From Leptospiraceae bacterium (GTDB lineage: Bacteria; Spirochaetota; Leptospiria; Leptospirales; Leptonemataceae), in the NCBI GenBank assembly GCA_040217195.1, contig JAVJNR010000008.1, positions 96,001-160,000 on the forward strand: a DNA stretch of 64,000 nucleotides, given 5' to 3'. The notes under the pieces were generated by a model that saw only the letters and a list, made by a program, of their open reading frames with translations, made no database searches and was not told the origin of the DNA. Each line of letters starts with the position of its first letter. The stretch's first letter is position 1. Made by a program: the position numbers and the translations under genes. Below, piece by piece: positions 1 to 9,396 of this stretch.

Positions 1-1238
1 TGGGCTTCATGAATCTGTACTACGGTCCGCTGGCAGCCAGAGAAAGGCAGGCCTTTCAACAATGGCTACAATCCTATCATAGTCTCACTCTGGTTCGTCC
101 AGGTCAGTTTCTGGGAGCCGGGGACATGGAAGCTTCCGCTGCTGATAGCTGGGATATCTATGCAGCCGGACGAGATGGTCCTGAACTAAAAGATGTGCAG
201 ATCCGGTCCTGGAATTCCCGGGTTATCCCTGGAGGAAATTCCGAGGTTGTGGTGGTTCAAAATATCCGAATCCCCATTGGATTCGGGGTAATCACCAGAG
301 TGATCCGCGCAGAGCGAGGACGAATTGTTAAGCGCATAGAAGATGGCCAGGAAGTACCGATCATCCATCTGGAAAATGGATACATGGTGGAATCGGACCG
401 AAACCTGGGAAGCTTCACAGTCACAGACTTTGCGGATGGGCAGATGAACTTTGTGCTTCCAGGCCCCAAGAAGGGTCTTGGGAAATTGAATGTGCAACCG
501 GAGGAATACACCTTTCCGGAGTTATTTGCCTTTCTGGAAGGTCTGGAGAGTGGTAAACACAGGATCAGTTCGGAAGCGCTGCGTGGTGTGGGTAGTGTCA
601 TGTCAGAGGCCGGCGGAGATGAAGAGGGGTTTAGAATTCCCTCCCCGAATGAAATGGTCATAACCCAGAATCAAATTCTACAGTGGCTTGCAGAGAACCA
701 GGACAAGGTGGGTAAGCCAGGCGGGCCAAGCCAGGCAGAAGTCACAGCCAAACAGCAGATGCTGATAATCCTACGTGGGCTGAAGGATGAGGCAGAGAAA
801 AAGAGAAATGAATTCAACTATGAGATCCATAGCCGGATTGCAACACCTCTGGCCTGTATGCTGTTTTTCTTTGTTTCCTTTCCTCTGGGTATGGTTGTAA
901 AGCGATCCGGAAAAGGAATGAGCTTCTCTCTGGCTCTGGTTGTTCTGTTACTCTACTATGTATTACTGTCTGTGGGTCTAAATCAAGCTCTGGATGGAAA
1001 AATGAAGCCATGGCAGGGTGCCTATCTTCCTGTATTCGGAGTGGGTCTCATGGGTATCTACATTATGGCCTCCAGAACGGAGGGATTCACTCCTTTGAAA
1101 TTCCTGAGCACTCCGATTCGCTGGCTATACACCAAAACCTTGAAGAGGTACCTGGATCCGATCCTCGCCCGAATTCCAGTGAATCAAGTGCAGGATTGGT
1201 TCTGGAACCAGATGGATCGGCTAAAGAAATCTAAATAA
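1..1238 (+). CDS. LptF/LptG-family LPS export permease, 5'-partial (frame open at window start)
   Basis: C-terminal 'EIHSRIATPLACMLFFFVSFPLGMVVKRSGKGMSFSLAL...PWQGAYLP' matches the LptF/G TM4-6 signature, preceded by a large soluble domain. Confidence 0.8.
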   Translation, partial: GFMNLYYGPLAARERQAFQQWLQSYHSLTLVRPGQFLGAGDMEASAADSWDIYAAGRDGPELKDVQIRSWNSRVIPGGNSEVVVVQNIRIPIGFGVITRVIRAERGRIVKRIEDGQEVPIIHLENGYMVESDRNLGSFTVTDFADGQMNFVLPGPKKGLGKLNVQPEEYTFPELFAFLEGLESGKHRISSEALRGVGSVMSEAGGDEEGFRIPSPNEMVITQNQILQWLAENQDKVGKPGGPSQAEVTAKQQMLIILRGLKDEAEKKRNEFNYEIHSRIATPLACMLFFFVSFPLGMVVKRSGKGMSFSLALVVLLLYYVLLSVGLNQALDGKMKPWQGAYLPVFGVGLMGIYIMASRTEGFTPLKFLSTPIRWLYTKTLKRYLDPILARIPVNQVQDWFWNQMDRLKKSK

Positions 1239-1256
1239 CCAAAGCTCTCGGGTTGA

Positions 1257-2207
1257 ATGCTCAATTCCCTGGATCCTCCGAAAACCGGAAATGGTGCATC
1301 CGGGGGCTTCCAGAATCACAAATCTTACTTGAAGAAATCGGTGTGCACTATTGAATGGGGGACTGCTATGTACACTGTCAAGATCTGGCACATTTCCTCC
1401 GGTAGAAAATTCCCCTTCGATTTTCAAAGCGTAGGTCGCTTTGCAGTACAGCTTGAAGAGCTTGCTCCAGATCAGATGCCGGACATCAGTCCGGATCCAA
1501 CCGTCATTCATCTGTTCTGTATCCAGGGAGAATCGGGACAGGCAGACTACATTCGAGGGATTCTGGAAAAATCAGCGGATTTGATTCCCTATCTAAGGGT
1601 GCTCATAGTACCTGAAGATGAATACCAGGACCATCTGGTTGGACTCAAGGGAAATGTAAGAGTGGTTCTCATCGATGACTCCATTCGAAGTGATAATCTA
1701 CGCTTACTTCTGGAAACATTGATCAATAATGAGTACTACCGAGCTATCATTCAAACCTTTGCCAGGGATGTAAGAGGGCAGACCAAAGCATTCGATGGCT
1801 TTCGAGACCTGGCCAGCAAGGAACTGGCTCAATCCAAGGAAGAATCCGCCGCTTTTCAGAGATTGCTGGATTATGAGAGTTCCTACAGAGATTTTGAAGG
1901 AAAAGTTGAAAAAGCCATGCAGGAAGCCCTGGCCCTGAAGGACCGGGAAGTGGTGGAGCTTACATCCAAGATGCAGGCCATGGAAAGACTCAGCGAATTT
2001 CGAGATAAGGAACTGAGAGATGCCAAAGAGACTCTGGATGCAGCCCAGCGAGCCCTGGATCTTTCCCGTACCGAAAACATGGAACGAGAAAAGATCATCG
2101 ATGCATTGCAGAGATTGAACATCTACACAGACCAGGAAGTAGTGGAGCTATTCAAAGAGAACGAAGAGTTGCGAAAGAAGCTAGGAATGCCTCCCAGAGA
2201 GCAATGA
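1257..2207 (+). CDS. Hypothetical protein, alpha/beta N-terminus plus long C-terminal coiled coil (start may be ATG 1368)
   Basis: 316-aa ORF co-directional with neighbours; E/K/L/R-rich heptad C-terminal half. Confidence 0.7.
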   Translation: MLNSLDPPKTGNGASGGFQNHKSYLKKSVCTIEWGTAMYTVKIWHISSGRKFPFDFQSVGRFAVQLEELAPDQMPDISPDPTVIHLFCIQGESGQADYIRGILEKSADLIPYLRVLIVPEDEYQDHLVGLKGNVRVVLIDDSIRSDNLRLLLETLINNEYYRAIIQTFARDVRGQTKAFDGFRDLASKELAQSKEESAAFQRLLDYESSYRDFEGKVEKAMQEALALKDREVVELTSKMQAMERLSEFRDKELRDAKETLDAAQRALDLSRTENMEREKIIDALQRLNIYTDQEVVELFKENEELRKKLGMPPREQ

Positions 2208-2328
2208 CCGTTCCAGATCCGTGTTACCAGGGCTCTGGACTCTGGGAATAGGACCATAAGGCTCTGCTAGACTATCAGAAAAAGAATTAAGCGTTCGGAA
2301 GAACGGTTCGATCTTAAAGGGAGAGCCC

Positions 2329-4506
2329 GTGGACCCTATGAAGATCGAACCAGTTAGATATCTGCGTCAATTCGCCGGGATTATGTCTCGGAAGCGGGGC
2401 TCCTCTGAAGATTTTCAGAGCCGAAACATATTCAAGGTTCCCTCCAGAAAGCGCAAGTTCAGATGGCCTGCCATTGTAGCTATTTTGATTTCTGCCATCC
2501 TGTTTCCTGCAATCGCAGGTTCTCAGGAATTTCCTGTATTTCGTATCAAAGAGGAAAAGGCCCGTCAGCACTTTCAGAAGGGGCTTGGCTTCTATAATAG
2601 ACAGAACTATGTGGCTGCCCGGGAATTCTTTTATAAAGCCCTGGATGTTCATCCTTACTTTCATCTGGCCCGAAGATACCTGGGGGATTCCTATTATTAT
2701 TCAGGAGATTATAATGGAGCCCTGGAGCAGTGGAGCTATCTCCAGGAGGTGTCTCGTGGTGCCTATCCCACTGTGGGCGAGAGGCTGAGTATATTAGAGT
2801 TTCATTTAAACCAGTACAGTGATGCCGGTAAGCAATCCTTTCTTAGAAAATACGATTCCGCCACTTTTCGACGGCTAAGAATCGATTATCCAGTGGATGT
2901 TGCTGTAGACTCCAAAAACAATCAATATCTAATCAATTATCGTGAAGCCGGCATTGTTCAAATAAGCCCGGATGGAACTTTGCTAAACGATTTTCAGGGT
3001 CCCTTTTATGACTCATTGCAAGGACCTATTGCAGGAATTATTCATAACGATTTGCTCTATGTTGCGGATTACGATGCAGATAGAATTCAGGTGTTTCGCA
3101 CATCCGGTGGCCGTGCTCTGGCCTTTGGCGATACAGGAAGCGGAGAAGGTCAGTTCCGAGGTCCATCGGGTCTGATAGTTGAAAGCGATTATCTGTTTGT
3201 TGCGGATGCTGGAAATGGAAGAATTCAGAAATTTGACCTGGACGGAAACTATTTACAGACACTGAATCCAGCCGAAGCCAGGTTTCAGCAACCTTCAGGC
3301 ATTGCAGGTGATGGAAAAGGCATTCTTTATGTTAGCGATCGAAAAGCCGGCCTGATTCATGTGCTGGATATAGATGGGAATCTTCTGGATACAGTGTCTC
3401 ATCCACTGTTGAAAGAACCCAGGGGATTGCATTATAAGGAAGGTAAAGTCTGGGTGGCTGACGAGAAAAGCGGCGTTCTCTGGTTTTCTCCATCCACAGG
3501 TGAAATAGAAGAGCTCACAGAAATCCGCGATTTTGAAGACCGGCCTGTTGTTTGGAATCGGGTATTCTCAGTTAAGACAGATTCTCGCAATTCATTGCTT
3601 ATTTCAGATTACGGGGCCCATGAAGTGGTTATGACCACGCCGGAGGCCTACAAACGAGCAGGACTGAATGTTAAGGTTCAGAAAGTGGATCTAGGATCTT
3701 TCCCAACGGTTGGCTTATTTGTTCAGGCAGAAACCAGGGATGGAAAGAAATTACCTGGCCTGGAACGTAGAGAAATATTCATCTATGAAAACGATCGTCG
3801 CATTGGAGCGGCTCGCACAGATAACATGCGAGCCTATCAGAAAAGAACCAACATTGTAGTCGTAAAAGAAAATTCTACCATTCTAAGAGAGAAAGGCCTG
3901 GATGAAATGATTCCCAGTGTGCTGGAGCCGATGGTGGCTCCTTTAACTGTCGTAGATCGCTTTAAACTGGTCCGAAGCGGAGAGCAAAGCCGATTGATCT
4001 ATGAAGGTAGGCAGAGAAAGCAAATCCTCAAGTTGATGTCAGAGGGAGAGACCTCAGAACTTCCATCCCTGGGACTTTCCAGTTATTTTGGTCTAAGTGA
4101 GCTTGTGGATGAAATCGGACCGCGAGGTGTAGTTCTGGTAGTCTCCGGCGGCCTGCCAGAAGAAGCCTTCGCTCCCTATGGTGTTAACAAACTGGTTCAG
4201 TATGCGCGAGCTCAACAAATACAGATTCACGTGGTTTCCTTTGAGCAAAATTCTGAGCTCACAGAGTTGTATCGTTCCCTGGCCGATCGCACCGGCGGCA
4301 GCTATTTAAGAGCTTTTGATGAAACCAGGGTTCAGAATATATATACGGAGATTAGAAAGCACCAGGACAATCGATATATCATTACCTACGATTCTCTGGC
4401 CGGGCAATCTCTAAAAAATCGATATGTGGATGTGCGTGTAGAGGTTCACTTTCAAAACACCTCCGGTGTAGGCGATGGCGGATTCTTCGTTCCGTCCGAG
4501 GACTGA
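2329..4506 (+). CDS. TPR + NHL beta-propeller + vWA-like domain exported protein (start uncertain)
   Basis: Hydrophobic leader, TPR helices, NHL repeats ('GQFRGPSGL...LFVADAGNGRIQKFDLDG'), C-terminal vWA-like region ('QIHVVSF...LADRTGGSY'). Confidence 0.8.
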   Translation: MDPMKIEPVRYLRQFAGIMSRKRGSSEDFQSRNIFKVPSRKRKFRWPAIVAILISAILFPAIAGSQEFPVFRIKEEKARQHFQKGLGFYNRQNYVAAREFFYKALDVHPYFHLARRYLGDSYYYSGDYNGALEQWSYLQEVSRGAYPTVGERLSILEFHLNQYSDAGKQSFLRKYDSATFRRLRIDYPVDVAVDSKNNQYLINYREAGIVQISPDGTLLNDFQGPFYDSLQGPIAGIIHNDLLYVADYDADRIQVFRTSGGRALAFGDTGSGEGQFRGPSGLIVESDYLFVADAGNGRIQKFDLDGNYLQTLNPAEARFQQPSGIAGDGKGILYVSDRKAGLIHVLDIDGNLLDTVSHPLLKEPRGLHYKEGKVWVADEKSGVLWFSPSTGEIEELTEIRDFEDRPVVWNRVFSVKTDSRNSLLISDYGAHEVVMTTPEAYKRAGLNVKVQKVDLGSFPTVGLFVQAETRDGKKLPGLERREIFIYENDRRIGAARTDNMRAYQKRTNIVVVKENSTILREKGLDEMIPSVLEPMVAPLTVVDRFKLVRSGEQSRLIYEGRQRKQILKLMSEGETSELPSLGLSSYFGLSELVDEIGPRGVVLVVSGGLPEEAFAPYGVNKLVQYARAQQIQIHVVSFEQNSELTELYRSLADRTGGSYLRAFDETRVQNIYTEIRKHQDNRYIITYDSLAGQSLKNRYVDVRVEVHFQNTSGVGDGGFFVPSED

Positions 4507-4574
4507 GAAAGTTAAATCCTCTAGAATCTGCAGTAATACAAAAAAAGACTCACGGATAAACACGGAACCGGAAA

Positions 4575-6596
4575 ATGAAAAAAGCACTCTTAATATTACC
4601 CTTTATGATACTGGCCGCAATTCCTGTTCTATCCCGAGACAGTGAAGAGCCCAGATACAGTAGTTCAATAGAGCTTTATCGAGAAGCAGAAGAGAAATAC
4701 CAGACCGGGGAGTACCGGGAAGCCCTGCAATTGCTACGCGAAGCTCTGGAAAAGAATCCTTCCTATTCCAGGGCTCATCTTCTATCTGGAAAGGCTTCTC
4801 TGGAAATCGGCGATTTTGAAAGGGCTCAGGTGCACTTTAATCAGGTACTTCGGGCCGATCCCAAAAGTCTGGATGGTAAGATTGGTCTGGGTAGATCACT
4901 CACTGGACTGAATCGACTGGAACAGGCTGAGGCCATATTTCAAGAAGTGCGGCAGAAAGACCCGGGAAATGCAGAGAATCTATACGGACTGGCTCGACTG
5001 AGAATTCTGGCCGGCCGTCTGGATCTGGCTCGCCAATATTTACAGCTAATTCTTCGAAAGGATCCTGCCTACAGAGAAGCGCTACAGGATATGGCCGTTC
5101 TAGAGACAAAGGCAGGACGTATTGAGTCTGGAAAAGCCTATCTGGAAAAGGCCACAGCTGTGGATCCGGCTCATAGAAGCCTTTCTATTACCCGAGGAGT
5201 GGTCCTTTCTTTGCAGGCTGACAATGCAGACGATGAGTCTACCAGGTTGGCACTGAAAGATGAAGCTGCAGATGCATTTCGCACGGCGCTGCGAGATGAT
5301 CCAGGAATACTGCTTCTGCAGAGAATCATTCAGCTGGATATTGAAAGAGGATACCCGGAAGAAGCTCTGGATATTCTGGAACAGGCCAGAGAACTGGGGG
5401 ACGATTCTGATCTATTGAGGATCTCTGCAAACCTGGCCCAGGCTCTATTTCACAAAACAGGAAACAGACAGTATCTGGAACAGACCGTTAATGAACTTCA
5501 ATCCCTATGTCAGAAATCACCTGATGATGTACTTGCATGCTACCGTCTGGAAATTCTGGGCCGGGAGAATACCGGCACTGCGAATCTAAAATCCTATTTA
5601 ACTTCCCGCCATCTGCAACTGGCCACACAATACGAAAAAGAGCTGAGATACGGTTTGATGGTCAGTCATTTGAAGCAGGCTCTGGAGCTTTCCCCTGGAA
5701 ATGCAGAGGTAGAAAAGCGTCTTCTGGATGTACATCGAGCCCGGGGAGACTTTCAGTCGTACCTGGAATCTCTAGTAGCTTTAAGAGATCAGAATCCAGA
5801 AGAGCCACTGTGGCAGTACAGGCTGGAAAGGGCGCTGCAATCCAAGGAAAACTATCTTTCGTATCGCGAAGACCTTCTGGATGACATTGGTCCAAATACT
5901 CATCGACCTGGAGTGGTTCTGGTTCTGGATTTCGAATCTACCAATGGACAGCACTGGAACGGTGAGCAAATAATCTCCAGAGCGTTGAGCGATGCGCTGA
6001 ATGATCATGGAAGATTGATTGCAGCAGACGGAACCTTGCGCCAGCAATTGAGGGATTTTCAATGGTCCAGACGGGCTCTGGATGAAATGGAGATTCAGGA
6101 TCGGATTCGCTCGGATTACAGACCCCTTTTATTCGATGCCTCTTATTTTCAGTTTCTGGATGAACTGGATCGAAAATCTGACTCCAGGAATCGAGTTCGG
6201 TATATTCTCAGCGGTCAGTATTCAGAAAGGCCAGGACATCTGGAGATTCAGTACAGACTATCTGATCGTTTCACTGGAAAAGAGATGTACAGTGGAAAGG
6301 CCATTGTGTCGGGCCAGGACGCTTTGCATCGAGCTACCTACCAGATATCCAGGGAAGTGGCCAGAAGACTACCGGTTCGAGGAGAAATCGTAAAGATTAA
6401 CGATGATCAGATCTACATCCATGCAGGGGCCAGCGATGGAGTACAGAAAGGCCAGGTATTCCTCCTGGATTCGAATCCGGATAGAGCCTTTCGAGTGATA
6501 GAACTGGACACATCCTTCAGCGCTCTAAAGGCAGAAAAACCTGGAACCCTTTTGAGTCCAGGTATGGTAATGTTTTCCAACCCCCGGCGACCCTAG
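4575..6596 (+). CDS. Secreted TPR protein with C-terminal CsgG/TolB-N/FlgT-like domains
   Basis: Signal peptide, many TPRs, 'VVLVLDFES...YILSGQYSE' and 'QIYIHAGASDGVQKGQVF' motifs. Confidence 0.7.
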   Translation: MKKALLILPFMILAAIPVLSRDSEEPRYSSSIELYREAEEKYQTGEYREALQLLREALEKNPSYSRAHLLSGKASLEIGDFERAQVHFNQVLRADPKSLDGKIGLGRSLTGLNRLEQAEAIFQEVRQKDPGNAENLYGLARLRILAGRLDLARQYLQLILRKDPAYREALQDMAVLETKAGRIESGKAYLEKATAVDPAHRSLSITRGVVLSLQADNADDESTRLALKDEAADAFRTALRDDPGILLLQRIIQLDIERGYPEEALDILEQARELGDDSDLLRISANLAQALFHKTGNRQYLEQTVNELQSLCQKSPDDVLACYRLEILGRENTGTANLKSYLTSRHLQLATQYEKELRYGLMVSHLKQALELSPGNAEVEKRLLDVHRARGDFQSYLESLVALRDQNPEEPLWQYRLERALQSKENYLSYREDLLDDIGPNTHRPGVVLVLDFESTNGQHWNGEQIISRALSDALNDHGRLIAADGTLRQQLRDFQWSRRALDEMEIQDRIRSDYRPLLFDASYFQFLDELDRKSDSRNRVRYILSGQYSERPGHLEIQYRLSDRFTGKEMYSGKAIVSGQDALHRATYQISREVARRLPVRGEIVKINDDQIYIHAGASDGVQKGQVFLLDSNPDRAFRVIELDTSFSALKAEKPGTLLSPGMVMFSNPRRP

Positions 6597-7513
6597 TATT
6601 CTTTCTGAATTTCAAGATTGAATTCTGTGGTAGATACATTCCCGGCATAATCCTCTGCCTTCACTGTAATGGTGTTCTTACCATTCTGGAAAGGCAGAGT
6701 TCCAATATTGTAGTACCATTCCGTAAATATAGTTTCAAATGGTTGTTTACCTGACAGTAGCCAGCCATTGTCCGATGAGCTAATTGAGCTAAATTCACGA
6801 CTTCCCAGTTCCTTCCCATTCAAGAACCATTTCAGTCTATAGACGCCACGACGGGTGGAGTTTTCCAGGCCGGGATCCCGTATATTCAAATGAACTGGAT
6901 AGGATTTGGTTAATCGGATTCGGTGCTCCTGCCGTGGTAGTAGACTGGATTTACCGTTATCGGTGAAAAATATCATCTCCTGGACCACCGGTGCATTCTT
7001 ATCTGTGGCTTTGGGGAGCACTTCCAGTGGATTGATGAAGATTTTACCGTATTGCTTGCTAATAAAGAAATGCAAATGCGAGCCTCCAGACCTACCGGTG
7101 TTTCCAGTAAATCCAAGAACAGTATCCTTGCTGACGTTACCTTTCCGAATTCGGGCCAGCTCCTGAAGATGAAAGTATCCGCTCCACCAGCCTTCTCCGT
7201 GATCCACAATCATCAAATTGCCCGGGCCAGGAAGAGGTCTAAATGGGTTATCGGATTGCTGGCGGCTGTATAGAATTCGGCCCGGTGCCACGGACTGCAC
7301 CGGCTCATCCTGGCTGGCAATATCCAGACCTGCATGGAAATGATCATCCCTGGATTCTCCAAAGGTGGATGTAATGCCCCGTAGATCCGGAGGAGTGCCT
7401 TTGATCAGGGGCCATTCAAAGCCGGGGTTACCGGCGATCAATGGAAAAGCCCATCCGAATACGAGGAGAATCAATATCAACAAGGTCAGAGAAATAGGCC
7501 ATAAGCGCTGCAT
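6593..7513 (-). CDS. M23 family metallopeptidase
   Basis: HxxxD ('HFHAGLDIA'), 'YFHL', 'GNTGRSGGSHLHF'; ATG 7513 chosen because it gives an N-terminal TM/signal and avoids overlapping the sigma gene. Confidence 0.9.
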   Translation of the reverse strand: MQRLWPISLTLLILILLVFGWAFPLIAGNPGFEWPLIKGTPPDLRGITSTFGESRDDHFHAGLDIASQDEPVQSVAPGRILYSRQQSDNPFRPLPGPGNLMIVDHGEGWWSGYFHLQELARIRKGNVSKDTVLGFTGNTGRSGGSHLHFFISKQYGKIFINPLEVLPKATDKNAPVVQEMIFFTDNGKSSLLPRQEHRIRLTKSYPVHLNIRDPGLENSTRRGVYRLKWFLNGKELGSREFSSISSSDNGWLLSGKQPFETIFTEWYYNIGTLPFQNGKNTITVKAEDYAGNVSTTEFNLEIQKEY

Positions 7514-7659
7514 AGTGGGAAAGTTGCTGGACAGTGGGCTGGAAGGCAGCCATTTTTTTCCGATATTGTAAGGTATAGGAGCGAATCTTTCACGGGTCCG
7601 GCCGGACCTGGAAAGAGGGAATAAAGGCATTGAATACAGCTGTTGAAAAAAACAAGGGG

Positions 7660-8577
7660 ATGAGCCCCCGGGAAGTTCAGGCTCTGGTAAAGCGTTGCGG
7701 GGACAAAGATCCGTTGGCTTTAAAGGAGTTTTTTCGTCTTTATTCAACTGATATTTATAACTTTCCTCTTCGTGTATTTCACCTGGATGAGGATGCAGCC
7801 TCGGATTTCTATCTGTATGCTTTCGAGCGACTGAAAACGGGTCAGAGGTTCAAATCCTTTCAGGGCAAAAGCAGCTTCCGAACCTGGTTCTATACAGTGC
7901 TACGAAACATGCTTATCGACTGGATGCGCACCGTGCATGAAGTCAAGACCGTGGAAAAGCAGAAGTCCGACGATGACTCCAGAAATCTGCAGTGGATAGA
8001 AACCGTAGCTGATCCAGAGACCGAAAAAGCAGATGATTCTGCCTTTATGGAGCATTTCTATCATATTCTTTCCGATCTGCCCAGGGATCTGCAGATGGTA
8101 TTCAAGCTTGTATTCATTTATTACCTGGATCTGGAGCCAGAAGACTGGGAATATCTCAAGACTGAGACGGGAGGCAAGCTCACGGACATGGCTCGGCGAA
8201 TTGCAGAGCAGAAAAATGAGCTGGCTGAAAGATCCACAGGAAATCAGGGTCAGCAGGATAAGATAACATCCCTTTATCTGTCCATCCTGGAGCTAAAAAC
8301 AAAGCGGTCCCGGCTTATTGGGGAGATGGAAACCAGAAGCATGGACCCCGGAGAAGGGGCGGAACTGGACCGAATCGACCATCTGATAGAAAAGAAACAA
8401 AACCAGAGAGATAGACTGATCCAGAAGAGGAAGAAAGGTCACTTTGTGGTCCGGGCTCCCTATCGTTTTGTCTCGGATGTACTGAACATACCGGAGGGCA
8501 GCGTTTCTGTGATGATGTCCAGAATTATGGATGCATTTCGCATGGATGCTGAGGTAAGAAAGGCGATTCTGGAGTAA
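7660..8577 (+). CDS. ECF-type RNA polymerase sigma-70 factor with large region-4 insertion
   Basis: Region 2 'FQGKSSFRTWFYTVLRNMLIDWMR'; region 4 'LSDLPRDLQMVFKL' and 'YRFVSDVLNIPEGSVSVMMSR'; AAGGGG just before ATG 7660. Confidence 0.85.
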   Translation: MSPREVQALVKRCGDKDPLALKEFFRLYSTDIYNFPLRVFHLDEDAASDFYLYAFERLKTGQRFKSFQGKSSFRTWFYTVLRNMLIDWMRTVHEVKTVEKQKSDDDSRNLQWIETVADPETEKADDSAFMEHFYHILSDLPRDLQMVFKLVFIYYLDLEPEDWEYLKTETGGKLTDMARRIAEQKNELAERSTGNQGQQDKITSLYLSILELKTKRSRLIGEMETRSMDPGEGAELDRIDHLIEKKQNQRDRLIQKRKKGHFVVRAPYRFVSDVLNIPEGSVSVMMSRIMDAFRMDAEVRKAILE

Positions 8578-8632
8578 TTTTTTTCAGGAAAAATGCCTGG
8601 AATTTCGTCTCCTGAACTAGTGGAGAGCTATT

Positions 8633-9334
8633 ATGAATCATGAAATAATTAAGCTGGAAGAGGCCCTGATTGCCACCGGGCTGCACAAGAGAATCTCGGG
8701 CCAGAATCTGGATGAGACCACCTGGCCTGAGCGTCTGGAAGAAATGCTGGATCAAATCAAGAAGGATGCTGGAGCAATTCAGGATATTTCGGCTGCAGAG
8801 ATGGCTCATCTTGTAGAGCATTACTATCTGAACCAGAGGATGGAAGGTATAGCAGAGCCGGTTCCGGAGGCCTTGCTGGCTTCAGTGAATCGGGCCCTGG
8901 ATGCTGAAGCTGGACCCGCTGCAGAAGGTATAGTTGTCAGGCTGCTTAGAAACGGTATGGAATTGATTCAGGGTAGTTTGACTGGAGCCACACTGGAGCT
9001 GGCACCCATCGTTGCCACCCGGCGTTCTTCTCCTGCAGAGGCACCATCTGAGAATCCTACCGGTTCAAGAATTGATCTTAGCCTGGTGGTGGGCCGGGGT
9101 CATCTACATTGTAGCATACTGCAAACCGCTGCCAGCGAAGCCATGGTCTCTCTTTCGTTGAAAAACCTGGCAGGTAGCTATAGACTGTCTTTGCGTAAGG
9201 ATGGCCGGTTACTTGGATCACATAGTGGCGTTAAGAGCGATCGTTCAGTGCAATTTGACCGAATCATGCCAGGAAGTTATTCTGTAGAATTAAAGGGAGC
9301 GTCCAACGCCGAAATCCCATTCTCCATCGTTTGA
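8633..9334 (+). CDS. Hypothetical protein, helical N-terminus plus C-terminal beta-sandwich; possible sigma partner
   Basis: 233-aa ORF with GGAGAG SD, directly after the ECF sigma gene and followed by a terminator. Confidence 0.65.
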   Translation: MNHEIIKLEEALIATGLHKRISGQNLDETTWPERLEEMLDQIKKDAGAIQDISAAEMAHLVEHYYLNQRMEGIAEPVPEALLASVNRALDAEAGPAAEGIVVRLLRNGMELIQGSLTGATLELAPIVATRRSSPAEAPSENPTGSRIDLSLVVGRGHLHCSILQTAASEAMVSLSLKNLAGSYRLSLRKDGRLLGSHSGVKSDRSVQFDRIMPGSYSVELKGASNAEIPFSIV

Positions 9335-9360
9335 TTGAATCTCGGGCTGAGTGCCTGCAG

Positions 9361-9396
9361 GCCCGGCCGGGAAACCGCCGGGCTTTTTCTTTTTTT
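9361..9396 (+). terminator. Intrinsic terminator
   Basis: GCCCGGC-N9-GCCGGGC hairpin followed by a T-rich tract, between convergent genes. Confidence 0.8.
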
